Assembly: GCF_056746865.1 (NCBI RefSeq)
Contig: NZ_CM163382.1
DNA: 64,000 nt
Strand: one strand, 5' to 3'
Below, in pieces: positions 32,175 through 42,124 of this stretch. A program made the translations under genes and the position numbers. Below the pieces are notes generated by a model. That model saw only the letters and a program-made list of their open reading frames with translations. It had not been told where the DNA came from and did no database searches. Position 1 is the stretch's first letter. The number at the start of each line of letters is the position of its first letter.

Positions 32175-32459
32175 ATGCCTTTAGCAGCCAAACTCACCGA
32201 CAAAGGCACCCAGCACGACGGTTATTACGAGACCGTCATCACCGCCGGGTCATCCACCGTCTTTATCGATGGTCTTCCCGCAGCCCGTCAGGGAGATCCG
32301 CTGACGCCGCATGCTAAACCGAAGCATCCCCCTCATCCCCGTAAAATCGCCAGAGGTTCTTCAACCGTCTTTATTGACGGCCTGCCCGCCGCCAGAAGCG
32401 GTGATGCTGTTGACTGCGGCGGCGTGGTTATTGGTGGCGGTACGGTAAATATAGGCTGA
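32175..32459 (+). CDS. PAAR-repeat protein (T6SS spike tip)
   Basis: 94-aa ORF with aggagg SD; duplicated GSSTVFIDGLPAAR(Q/S)GD motif. Confidence 0.75.
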   Translation: MPLAAKLTDKGTQHDGYYETVITAGSSTVFIDGLPAARQGDPLTPHAKPKHPPHPRKIARGSSTVFIDGLPAARSGDAVDCGGVVIGGGTVNIG

Positions 32460-32477
32460 TATGTCTGAGAGGTATTT

Positions 32478-34883
32478 ATGTCCTTAAAAGGTCTTCGCTT
32501 TACGCTGGAGGTTGACGGCCAGGAGCCGGACACCTTTGCAGTGGTGAATTTCAGGTTAATCCAGAACCAGTCATATCCGTTTGTGATGAGTGTGGATGTT
32601 GCCAGCGACTCTTTTATGCAGACGGCGGAGATGCTGCTGGAGAAGAAGGCGACACTGACCATCTGGCAGGGCGCAGTGGCGCAGCGTTATGTCACCGGCG
32701 TGGTGGCGGGTTTTGGCATGCAGGAGAATAACGGCTGGCAGATGCGTTATCACCTGCGTATTGAGCCGCCGTTATGGCGGTGCGGGCTGCGGCAGAACTT
32801 TCGTATCTTCCAGCAGCAGGATATCCGGACGATATCGGCCACGTTACTGAACGAGAACGGCGTCACGGAGTGGACGCCGCTGTTTTATGAGGACCATCCG
32901 GCGCGGGAGTTCTGTGTCCAGTACGGGGAGTCGGACCTGGCGTTTCTGTCCCGGCTATGGGCGGAGGAGGGTCTTTTCTTCTTTGAGCGGTTTGCGGCGG
33001 ACAGTCCGGAGCAGAAGCTGACGCTGTGCGACGATGTGGCGGGGCTGTCACAGGCGGGGGAGTTTCCGTTTAACCCGGACACATCGGCAGGAGCGGAGAC
33101 GGAGTGTGTCAGTATGTTCCGTTATGAGGCGCATGTCCGCCCGTCATCGGTGCAGAGCCAGGATTACACCTTTAAGGTGCCGGACTGGCCGGGGATGTAT
33201 GAGCAGCAGGGTGAGAACCTGAACGGACAGCTGGAGCAGTATGAGATATTTGATTATCCGGGAAGGTACAAGGATGAACAGCACGGCAAGGATTTCACGC
33301 TGTACCAGATGGAGAGCCTGCGCAGTGATGCGGAAAAGGCCACAGGGCAGAGTAATTCGCCGAAGCTGTGGCCGGGAACGCGGTTTATGCTGACGGGGCA
33401 TCCGCAGAAGATGCTGAACCGTGAATGGCAGGTGGTACAGAGCATACTGTCAGGAAACCAGCCGCAGGCGCTGCACGGCAGCCAGGGAAAGGGAACCACG
33501 CTGGGCAATCAGTTAGAGGTGATACCGGCGGACCGGACGTGGCGTCCACGGCTGCAAAACAAACCGAAGGTGGACGGGCCACAGAGCGCCATTGTCACCG
33601 GTCCTGCGGGAGAGGAAATCTTCTGCGACGAACACGGACGTGTGCGAGTGCAGTTTCACTGGGACAGGTATAACCCGGCAACGGAGGCGAGTTCATGCTG
33701 GGTGAGGGTGTCGCAGGCGTGGGCGGGGCCGGGGTTCGGTAACCTGGCGATACCACGGGTGGGTCAGGAGGTGATAGTGGACTTCCTGAACGGCGACCCG
33801 GACCAGCCGATAATCATGGGGCGGACGTACCATGAGGACAACCGTTCGCCGGGCGACCTGCCGGGAACGAAGACGCAGATGACCATCCGGTCAAAAACCT
33901 ATAAAGGAAGCGGATTTAACGAGCTGCGGTTTGAAGACGCCACCAGTAATGAGCAGGTGTATATCCATGCCCAGAAGAACATGGATACGGAGGTGCTCAA
34001 CGACCGGACAACGGATGTGAAACATGACCATACGGAAACCATCGGGAACGACCAGAAGATAACGGTGGTGAAGGGGCAGACGGTTCAGGTCGGGACCAGA
34101 AAAGAAGGGGGCCACGACCAGAGTATCACGGTGGCGAACGACCGGTGCATCACGGTACGTAATGACCAGACGCTGCAGGTGACGAATGACCGGACGGTGA
34201 GCGTGAGTAATGATGACGGCCTGTACGTCAGAAATGACCGTAAAGTGACGGTGGAAGGGAAGCAGGAGCATAAGACGACGGGGAACCATATCAGTCTGGT
34301 GGAGGGAAAGCACAGCCTGGTGGTGAAGGGGGACCTGGCGAGGAAGGTGAGTGGCGCGCTGGGGATAAAGGTGGACGGGGATATCGTGCTGGAGAGCAGC
34401 AGCCGGATAAGCCTGAAGGTGAGTGGCTCGTTTGTGGTCATCCATTCAGGGGGCGTGGACATCGTCGGGCCGAAAATCAATCTCAATAGCGGCGGTAGTC
34501 CGGGGACGCCGGTGCCGGCGCTGCAACCGGCGGTGCTGAAGACACTGGGGGATGAGAAGAGTGGTGATGGCAGTGATTCCGGAGAAGAAAATGAAGACTC
34601 TGGAGGGAACTGCGTGACCGGAAGTGGTGGTGATGATCGAGGTGACGATGAGGATGAACCTGAAAAATATACTCTCCAGTTCCATTTTACAGACGATGAC
34701 GGGATACCGTATTCAGAAACCCGCTACATTGCCTTCTTTGAGGATGGCACGCAGACCCGCGGAGAAACGGATGAAGAGGGGTATACAGAGCGTTTTTTTG
34801 TATCTAGCAAACATGAAATTAAAGTGAAGTTGTTATTTGCGAATGATGATTTTCTCTCAATGGAAGGACACTATGGACGATAA
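32478..34883 (+). CDS. vgrG: VgrG (type VI secretion spike protein) with C-terminal extension
   Basis: 801-aa ORF: gp27/gp5-like N-terminal part, beta-helix repeats (ITVANDRCITVRNDQTLQVTNDRTVSVSNDDGLYVRNDRKVTV), acidic Gly/Asp/Glu linker, then a ~70-aa C-terminal domain. Confidence 0.9.
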   Translation: MSLKGLRFTLEVDGQEPDTFAVVNFRLIQNQSYPFVMSVDVASDSFMQTAEMLLEKKATLTIWQGAVAQRYVTGVVAGFGMQENNGWQMRYHLRIEPPLWRCGLRQNFRIFQQQDIRTISATLLNENGVTEWTPLFYEDHPAREFCVQYGESDLAFLSRLWAEEGLFFFERFAADSPEQKLTLCDDVAGLSQAGEFPFNPDTSAGAETECVSMFRYEAHVRPSSVQSQDYTFKVPDWPGMYEQQGENLNGQLEQYEIFDYPGRYKDEQHGKDFTLYQMESLRSDAEKATGQSNSPKLWPGTRFMLTGHPQKMLNREWQVVQSILSGNQPQALHGSQGKGTTLGNQLEVIPADRTWRPRLQNKPKVDGPQSAIVTGPAGEEIFCDEHGRVRVQFHWDRYNPATEASSCWVRVSQAWAGPGFGNLAIPRVGQEVIVDFLNGDPDQPIIMGRTYHEDNRSPGDLPGTKTQMTIRSKTYKGSGFNELRFEDATSNEQVYIHAQKNMDTEVLNDRTTDVKHDHTETIGNDQKITVVKGQTVQVGTRKEGGHDQSITVANDRCITVRNDQTLQVTNDRTVSVSNDDGLYVRNDRKVTVEGKQEHKTTGNHISLVEGKHSLVVKGDLARKVSGALGIKVDGDIVLESSSRISLKVSGSFVVIHSGGVDIVGPKINLNSGGSPGTPVPALQPAVLKTLGDEKSGDGSDSGEENEDSGGNCVTGSGGDDRGDDEDEPEKYTLQFHFTDDDGIPYSETRYIAFFEDGTQTRGETDEEGYTERFFVSSKHEIKVKLLFANDDFLSMEGHYGR

Positions 34884-35664
34884 TAATCAAACTTCTGGAC
34901 AACCAAAGCCAGAGCCAGAAGAATGTGTGAAAGAGCAAAAAATAACTGATCATTTTAAAATAATGATTGATAAGGCTCGTAAGGCACAAAAGTTGGTTTT
35001 GATAAAAAGAGCAGATGATCTTTTGAGATGGGGAGCACAGGAGGAATATGATTTCAGTAAGATCTTTGGTGTTAAAGGAAATAAGGAGGTTAATATAAGA
35101 AAATATGGACATAATACAGGTAGGCGCATGAATGCTAGATTTCTTATGATGGATGGTGTGAGAAGATTAATGATTATAGCTAATGATTTAACAATGAGCA
35201 GTTTTATAAATTATACAGGTTGTAATGAATTTGCAGCATTCGTCAGCCCAAGTAAGGATATGCCCTATATAATTAACATAGGCGCAAAATTTGAGTATAG
35301 AGATGGCAAAAAAAATCCAGTAACGGGAAAGGATTCTCATGTTGCTACTTTATGTCATGAAATGTCTCATATTCAGTGGTATTATGGGGATAATAAAAAA
35401 GGTGGTATGTGGTCACAGGATTATACAACTACTGATAAATATTCAACGTGCAAAGAGGATGAAGTTTCATATGACGAACATATCCGTATTGCAACTAAAC
35501 TGATCTCTAAACAAAAAGATCAAATATTCGAGAATGCATATAACATAGAAAGATATTTTGAAATAAGATTAATTGAAAGTGAGATAGACTCGATTAATGA
35601 TGAAATATTAAGCAATTCAGTTAAGAAAAAAATAGCGGAATTAGAAAAAGCACTTCTCCATTAA
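34873..35664 (+). CDS. Candidate VgrG cargo effector with HExxH (zincin-like) motif
   Basis: ATG overlaps the vgrG stop (ATGGACGATAA); 263 aa; HEMSH at nt 35356-35370; GC content drops sharply at the vgrG stop. Confidence 0.55.
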   Translation: MDDNNQTSGQPKPEPEECVKEQKITDHFKIMIDKARKAQKLVLIKRADDLLRWGAQEEYDFSKIFGVKGNKEVNIRKYGHNTGRRMNARFLMMDGVRRLMIIANDLTMSSFINYTGCNEFAAFVSPSKDMPYIINIGAKFEYRDGKKNPVTGKDSHVATLCHEMSHIQWYYGDNKKGGMWSQDYTTTDKYSTCKEDEVSYDEHIRIATKLISKQKDQIFENAYNIERYFEIRLIESEIDSINDEILSNSVKKKIAELEKALLH

Positions 35665-35716
35665 CTAATAAGTCGAGAAATATATTAATGCTGCAAGCTA
35701 TAAAAAAATCATAATA

Positions 35717-36346
35717 ATGACAATCGTAAATATTATATTTTTCTATTCCTTTCAATCGACTGCGGATGAAATGGTTTTAATAAAAAAATACGGGTTTGGG
35801 CTTGAGAGAGATATCAAAGGAAGGCCATTAATTTATCCTATCGAAAATTATGATGAGTGTAAGAAAAAATGCAATCATATGAATTATATAGCGGATGTCA
35901 ATGCTCAATTAGCTATGAGTAAAAAAAACAACAGGATTTTTGCTAACATAACCTTTACTAACAATAGCTCTACCACGTATTTTTTTTCTAAATATTACCT
36001 ACCTATGAAAGTAAAAGATGGAAAAGGAGATGAATATGATGCGATATGCAAAAAACCATTCAGAATCAACTCTGGGAATATCACGTTGGACTACTTAGGT
36101 GGTTCATGTCCTTTTGAAATTAATACGAATCCTGAACGGTGGAATACTATTAAACCAGGTCGTAGTTTTTTGTTGAGTATAACCTTAAATGATATGTATG
36201 CCTTTATACCAGGAGATAATTATTATTTTATAAAATCATCTGGCTATAAATTTGTTAATGACAAGTGGTTTACACTCAAATCAATCAATAATATTTTTCT
36301 TTATTTTTTAAATTTAAAAATTAATTGTGCTGATGATTTTTTTTGA
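35717..36346 (+). CDS. Hypothetical protein, candidate immunity partner (ends at a T8 tract)
   Basis: 209-aa AT-rich ORF directly downstream of the effector candidate; stop lies in a T8 homopolymer; downstream ORF 36327-36509 is in the +1 frame. Confidence 0.4.
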   Translation: MTIVNIIFFYSFQSTADEMVLIKKYGFGLERDIKGRPLIYPIENYDECKKKCNHMNYIADVNAQLAMSKKNNRIFANITFTNNSSTTYFFSKYYLPMKVKDGKGDEYDAICKKPFRINSGNITLDYLGGSCPFEINTNPERWNTIKPGRSFLLSITLNDMYAFIPGDNYYFIKSSGYKFVNDKWFTLKSINNIFLYFLNLKINCADDFF

Positions 36347-36528
36347 TATTAATAATTTTACTACATGTGATAATTTGTTATTAGATGAAAAAAAATACTT
36401 TTTTATTAATCAGTTATGGGCAATTGAGGATGAAAAAAATTCTATTTACGTCACCCCTGATGAAATTTCTATAAGTATAGACGGCGATAACTTAAAGTTG
36501 CCATATTAGGAATCTGTGAAAGAACAAG

Positions 36529-37017
36529 GTGCGCCGCTTTTTTGTACTAAATAATTCGCATTTTAGTCACGGCAGAGAAGAAATCCATCTTCATATTGTT
36601 TGCGATGTCCCTGATGAACTTATTGATTTCACGTTTGAATGGAAAGGTCAGAAGAAATTATGCGTGGCAGTCTCCTTTTGGTCAATAATAGCAGAACAAA
36701 AGAAAGAGCCAGAAATGACGGTCAGATATTATATCAGTTCTGCTGATTTAACCGCAAAAAAGTTCGCCACAGCGATACGAAATCACTGGCACGTGGAGAA
36801 TAAGCTGCACTGGCGTCTGGACGTGGTAATGAACGAAGACGACTGCAAAATAAGAAGAGGAAACGCCGCAGAATTATTTTCAGGGATACGGCACATCGCT
36901 ATTAATATTTTAACGAATGATAAGGTATTCAAGGCAGGGTTAAGACGCAAGATGCGAAAAGCAGCTATGGACAGAGACTACCTCGCGTCAGTCCTTGCGG
37001 GGAGCGGGCTTTCGTAA
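36529..37017 (+). pseudogene. H-repeat-associated (ISAs1-family transposase) 3' remnant
   Basis: Translation ...[44 protein letters not shown]...[22 protein letters not shown] resembles the C-terminus of H-rpt proteins; no N-terminal half present. Confidence 0.7.
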
Positions 37018-37125
37018 TCTTGCCCTGGCGATCGAATAGCGCAGATGACGGTGCTCTAAATTTGAATCTAATAAGCCGGTGTTATTTTTCATCCACTATT
37101 AAAATCTTGACACAACGAGGCAACA

Positions 37126-37686
37126 ATGAAAAAAAGCAAAAAAATTAAAACAATGAACCATCAAAATAATAGCGGGATACAAAATCAACCAGACTATCAC
37201 ATCGAAATAGAAAGAAAAAATATGGTAAGATTGCTTGATGAACGTATTGATAAAGTTTACGGTTCATTGCTAGGACCAATGAAAAAGAAAAATATAGATA
37301 AAATACGTCATTTTACACTTGATGTAATGGTGTTTATTCTTGACACGAACCCTCGTGTTTGTAATAAATTATCCAGGGAAATAATATCTTTAGCGCAAAA
37401 TACCTTCATTGAAAAAAACGTTAATTTTTCAACTTTTAATAATGAACAGCATAGAATAAGGGAGTATATGAATGAAGGTGGTGGAATACGATGGTTTACA
37501 TGGGATAACCCCGAGATATCTTTTGTTCGTGCATCTTTTGGCCTTTTTGTCAAAATGGAAACAAAAGGTGATCATGAACATACACTAAGTGACACATTTC
37601 TTCAGATTGTTGAGTGTGTTAATTTAAATATAGGACTTATTGCAAAAGATGAACTGGTAAAAATCATCAATAAACACTTTATGTAA
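37126..37686 (+). CDS. Hypothetical protein (AT-rich orphan ORF)
   Basis: 186-aa ORF, ATG with acgagg SD, low GC; no motif recognised. Confidence 0.45.
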   Translation: MKKSKKIKTMNHQNNSGIQNQPDYHIEIERKNMVRLLDERIDKVYGSLLGPMKKKNIDKIRHFTLDVMVFILDTNPRVCNKLSREIISLAQNTFIEKNVNFSTFNNEQHRIREYMNEGGGIRWFTWDNPEISFVRASFGLFVKMETKGDHEHTLSDTFLQIVECVNLNIGLIAKDELVKIINKHFM

Positions 37687-38045
37687 AAATATACTTCTGT
37701 ATGAAGTTATAATAATACAGTGAAAATCATCAAATTATTAATTAATGATGCTCTTTGTTATTATTTACTTTTTACAATTGAATCAGGGGTTTTATTTTCT
37801 GTAGTAAAGTTGTATTTTTGCTAAAGGTGATAAAGTACAGGTGTTTATATTAAATTAGAACTCCCCTTAATTATCATAAATACAAAGAGGTGAAAACATG
37901 CGGGGGTGTTTTCGTTAAATAATACCATGGTGAATTAATAACATGCTATCAGTGATATACATATTTTCTCTAACAAAGTTTTAGTAAAATTACGCGTAGT
38001 AAGAAGATTCCGCCAAAGATTCCATATAATAATATTAAGGTTGTT

Positions 38046-38681
38046 ATGAATAAAGGTAATAGATTACAACAGTTAGAAGATGCGTGTCGTGATATTATTA
38101 AAATTAACATGTGGTATGAACTCCCCGATTATGTATTTTTTTCAATATCTGACACCATCGATGGGACGAGTGATGAATTCGCAATAAATGTGTATAAAAA
38201 TATCGATAAAAGTCTTCTTGAAATATTATTGCATCCATCTGTTTTACTGTCAGTTGTTGAGTCCTTACAAAGTAATACTATAGCTGAGTATATCGTGAAA
38301 TTGTCTGAAATAGAGATGAATTATGACGACTTGCTAATATCGGATGTTAAATCATGTCTTTTTATCAACTATGGATTCAATAACAGTGAATCGGTTGCGC
38401 TATTTAATAAGATTTACCGCGAATTAAAAGATATTGTAAAATCATCAAGAGTACATATAGATCATGAGAAAGATATTTTTGATGGCCTTAATCAAATCTT
38501 GGCTTTTTCCGATAATAATAAACATGAGTATTTTTTATATATAAAGGCATATTGGCTCAGTTTATACTTTTGTGAAATTTCACAGAACGTGAGAGAAAGA
38601 GATAAGTTGTCATTTTATTATAATGAATTTTCTGTCCGATTTCCTAATGTTGTCCTATATCCGTCATGCTACAAATTGTAA
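38046..38681 (+). CDS. Hypothetical protein (AT-rich orphan ORF)
   Basis: 211-aa ORF, ATG start, low GC; no motif recognised. Confidence 0.45.
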   Translation: MNKGNRLQQLEDACRDIIKINMWYELPDYVFFSISDTIDGTSDEFAINVYKNIDKSLLEILLHPSVLLSVVESLQSNTIAEYIVKLSEIEMNYDDLLISDVKSCLFINYGFNNSESVALFNKIYRELKDIVKSSRVHIDHEKDIFDGLNQILAFSDNNKHEYFLYIKAYWLSLYFCEISQNVRERDKLSFYYNEFSVRFPNVVLYPSCYKL

Positions 38682-38806
38682 GGCTTGGCACCTGAAATTC
38701 ATTGTTAATTCGAGACGCTTGATTGTCCACTATATCAAAACAGTCATACCTCGGAATTTTCTCGCATTAGTCCATACGGTATTCAATATTCGCAACTGTG
38801 CCCTGA

Positions 38807-39007
38807 AATAAAAAACTGCAAAACTGCTTTTTCTTGACCTGTCCCAATCACGCAAGACTACTTTTAGTAGAGACCTCCAGCTATGTCGATTTTAGTGCCG
38901 CCCGCGCATTTTATACAAAACAGGGCTTTATTAATGAAGCTATAATACGCAATTACTATGATGTTGGTGAGGATAAATTAATCTTCACTAAAAATATGCA
39001 ATCGTGA
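38807..39007 (+). pseudogene. 3' remnant of a GNAT acetyltransferase gene
   Basis: Open frame without start encodes ...YVDFSAARAFYTKQGFINEAIIRNYYDVGEDKLIFTKNMQS; A-x-x-FY-x-K-x-GF is the classic GNAT C-terminal motif. Confidence 0.4.
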
Positions 39008-39073
39008 GATAAAATATGCTTTTAACTCATATTGAAACATTGCTTAAGCAACTTGGTTGCTGCATATGATTCT

Positions 39074-39643
39074 TTAGCCCGCGGTGACTCGCTTGCCGCT
39101 GGTAACAAACGTGCCAGCACCTAAGTGATGTAGTTTATTGAGTTTATCATCATCAAACTGCCAGCGGCCTTCGACAAATACCCGTGCGTCTGCCGCTGCT
39201 GATACCACCTCGCCAAACAGCGTGTCGTATTTTTCTTGCGCGGAAGTCGCAGGTAGCAAGCGGCACTCCATCCACGCCAGACATTTTTCCTCGACCAGAG
39301 GCAAACCAAGTACCGGACCTTTCACTACTGGAATGCCGTAGCAATTAAATTTATCTTCTTCACGACCCGACACACTTCCCACCGCCCACGTCCAGTTAGT
39401 TGCTGCAACGCCCGGGATAACGATGCCAAATTTACCGTTACGTTCAATCAACTCCCTGGTCCATGTCGATTTATCTACCACGATCGCAACACGTGGCGGT
39501 TCAAACTCTACCGGCATCGACCAGGCCGCAGCCATCACATTACGTCGCTGTGATTTTTCATCAAAAGTTGTTATCAAAATAGTTGGGCCATGATTTAACA
39601 GACGGCTGGCATGGTGTAATTCGACAGGGATGAATCGGCTCAC
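39074..39643 (-). CDS. yddH: Flavin reductase-like domain protein
   Basis: 189-aa ORF with ATG start; flavin-reductase-like fold by sequence. Confidence 0.85.
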   Translation of the reverse strand: MSRFIPVELHHASRLLNHGPTILITTFDEKSQRRNVMAAAWSMPVEFEPPRVAIVVDKSTWTRELIERNGKFGIVIPGVAATNWTWAVGSVSGREEDKFNCYGIPVVKGPVLGLPLVEEKCLAWMECRLLPATSAQEKYDTLFGEVVSAAADARVFVEGRWQFDDDKLNKLHHLGAGTFVTSGKRVTAG

Positions 39644-39817
39644 GGTATCGCCTCGCTAAGAAGGGGGTTTTAAAAGCGTAGCTCGTAACGCTATAAGTAA
39701 CGAAATTAACGGGATTGGCGATTTGCGAACGTGATGCATGTCCGCGATCGCACAAAATAGCCGGTGCGGCGTCTATTCCAGGTTATAAGTTGAGAAAACC
39801 ACTAAGGGAAACGCCTG

Positions 39818-40663
39818 ATGACGCCCATTCTGAATCATTATTTTGCCCGTATTAACTGGTCGGGAGCTGCTGCGGTCAATATTGATACGCTGCGTGCATT
39901 GCACCTGAAACACAATTGCACCATTCCATTCGAAAACCTCGACGTTTTGCTGCCAAGGGAAATACAGCTTGATGATCAATCGCTGGAAGAGAAACTGGTG
40001 ACAGCCCGTCGTGGTGGTTACTGTTTTGAGCAGAATGGCGTGTTTGAGCGGGTGTTACGCGAGCTGGGGTTTAACGTTCGCAGCTTGTTAGGGCGCGTAG
40101 TGTTATCAAATCCGCCAGCATTACCGCCGCGCACCCATCGTTTGTTGTTGGTGGAACTGGAAGGGGAAAAATGGATTGCTGATGTCGGTTTCGGTGGACA
40201 GACGCTAACCGCGCCGATTCGTTTAGTTCCCGATCTCGTGCAGATCACGCCACACGGAGAGTATCGGTTGTTACAGGAGGGTGATGATTGGGTGTTGCAG
40301 TTTAATCATCATCAGCACTGGCAGTCGATGTACCGTTTTGATCTCTGCGAGCAGCAACAAAGCGATTATGTAATGGGCAATTTCTGGTCTGCGCACTGGC
40401 CGCAGTCGCATTTTCGCCATCATTTGCTGATGTGCCGCCATTTGCCGGACGGCGGCAAGCTGACACTGACCAATTTTCATTTTACCCATTATGAAAATGG
40501 GCACGCGGTGGAGCAGCGAAATCTACCAGATGTGGCGTCGTTATATGCCGTGATGCAGGAACAGTTTGGTCTGGGCGTAGATGATGCGAAACATGGCTTT
40601 ACTGTGGATGAGTTAGCGATGGTGATGGCGGCGTTTGATACGCACCCGGAGGCGGGAAAATAA
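39818..40663 (+). CDS. nhoA: Arylamine N-acetyltransferase (N-hydroxyarylamine O-acetyltransferase)
   Basis: 281-aa ORF; catalytic Cys in RGGYCFEQN context. Confidence 0.9.
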   Translation: MTPILNHYFARINWSGAAAVNIDTLRALHLKHNCTIPFENLDVLLPREIQLDDQSLEEKLVTARRGGYCFEQNGVFERVLRELGFNVRSLLGRVVLSNPPALPPRTHRLLLVELEGEKWIADVGFGGQTLTAPIRLVPDLVQITPHGEYRLLQEGDDWVLQFNHHQHWQSMYRFDLCEQQQSDYVMGNFWSAHWPQSHFRHHLLMCRHLPDGGKLTLTNFHFTHYENGHAVEQRNLPDVASLYAVMQEQFGLGVDDAKHGFTVDELAMVMAAFDTHPEAGK

Positions 40664-40743
40664 TTTATGTCAGGTTGCCGGATGCGGCGTAATGAACTGC
40701 ACCCCAAATGTTGGACATAATCTGACATCTGAAGGTGCAGTTT

Positions 40744-41265
40744 ATGAAACATTCATTTGAAGTAAAACTTGCCGCTGTAAATCATTACCTGGCTGGTCAT
40801 GCAGGCATCATTTCTACGGTAAAACTCTTTCAACTTTCTCACACCAGCCTCTCACACTGGATTAATCTTTTTCTTCTTCACGGTCCTCGGGCACTGGATT
40901 GCAGACACAAGCGTAGCTATTCTCCTGAAGATAAACTTTGCGTGGTTCTTTATGCTCTCGGGCATTCTGAGTCTCTACCCCGGGTAGCTGCCCGGTTTAA
41001 CATTCCCAGCCACAACACGGTTAAAAACTGGATAAAAGGCTACCGCAAATCTGGTAATGAGGCCTTTATCAGGCGCAGGAAGGAGAAAAGCATGACCCGT
41101 TCTGATGATACCCATGAAAACGAGGCAAACATGACGCCGGAAGAGATGAAGAATGAGCTGCGTTATCTTCGCGCAGAAAATGCATATCTGAAAGCCATGC
41201 AGGAGCATCTCCTGGAAAAAAAGCGCCAGGAGCTGGAGAAAAAACGAAAGTCATCCGGAGCCTGA
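40744..41265 (+). CDS. IS3-family transposase OrfA (HTH)
   Basis: ATG at 40744 with gaaggtg SD; ends shortly after the slippery heptamer A_AAA_AAG at 41217-41223. Confidence 0.8.
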   Translation: MKHSFEVKLAAVNHYLAGHAGIISTVKLFQLSHTSLSHWINLFLLHGPRALDCRHKRSYSPEDKLCVVLYALGHSESLPRVAARFNIPSHNTVKNWIKGYRKSGNEAFIRRRKEKSMTRSDDTHENEANMTPEEMKNELRYLRAENAYLKAMQEHLLEKKRQELEKKRKSSGA

Positions 41266-41369
41266 GGTGCGGACACTGCCAGTCTGACCTGTTAAAGGCT
41301 GCAGGGCTGGCCAGAAGCACGCTGTACTACCAGCTGTCACTGCAGAAGGCTAAGGACAAGTATGCTGAT

Positions 41370-42124
<755 letters not shown>

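Noticed and set aside
32135-32317. 60-aa ORF overlapping the PAAR gene in another frame
   Set aside because: Arg/His-rich out-of-frame translation of the PAAR coding sequence; PAAR frame has the SD and recognisable motifs.
32478-34883. Possibility that the large gene is an Rhs core protein
   Set aside because: No YD-repeat motifs; the beta-helix repeats and N-terminal part match VgrG architecture instead.
39016-39069. 17-codon ORF (MLLTHIETLLKQLGCCI) just upstream of the yddH stop as a pptA candidate
   Set aside because: Too short and lacks the N-terminal Pro characteristic of tautomerase-family proteins.
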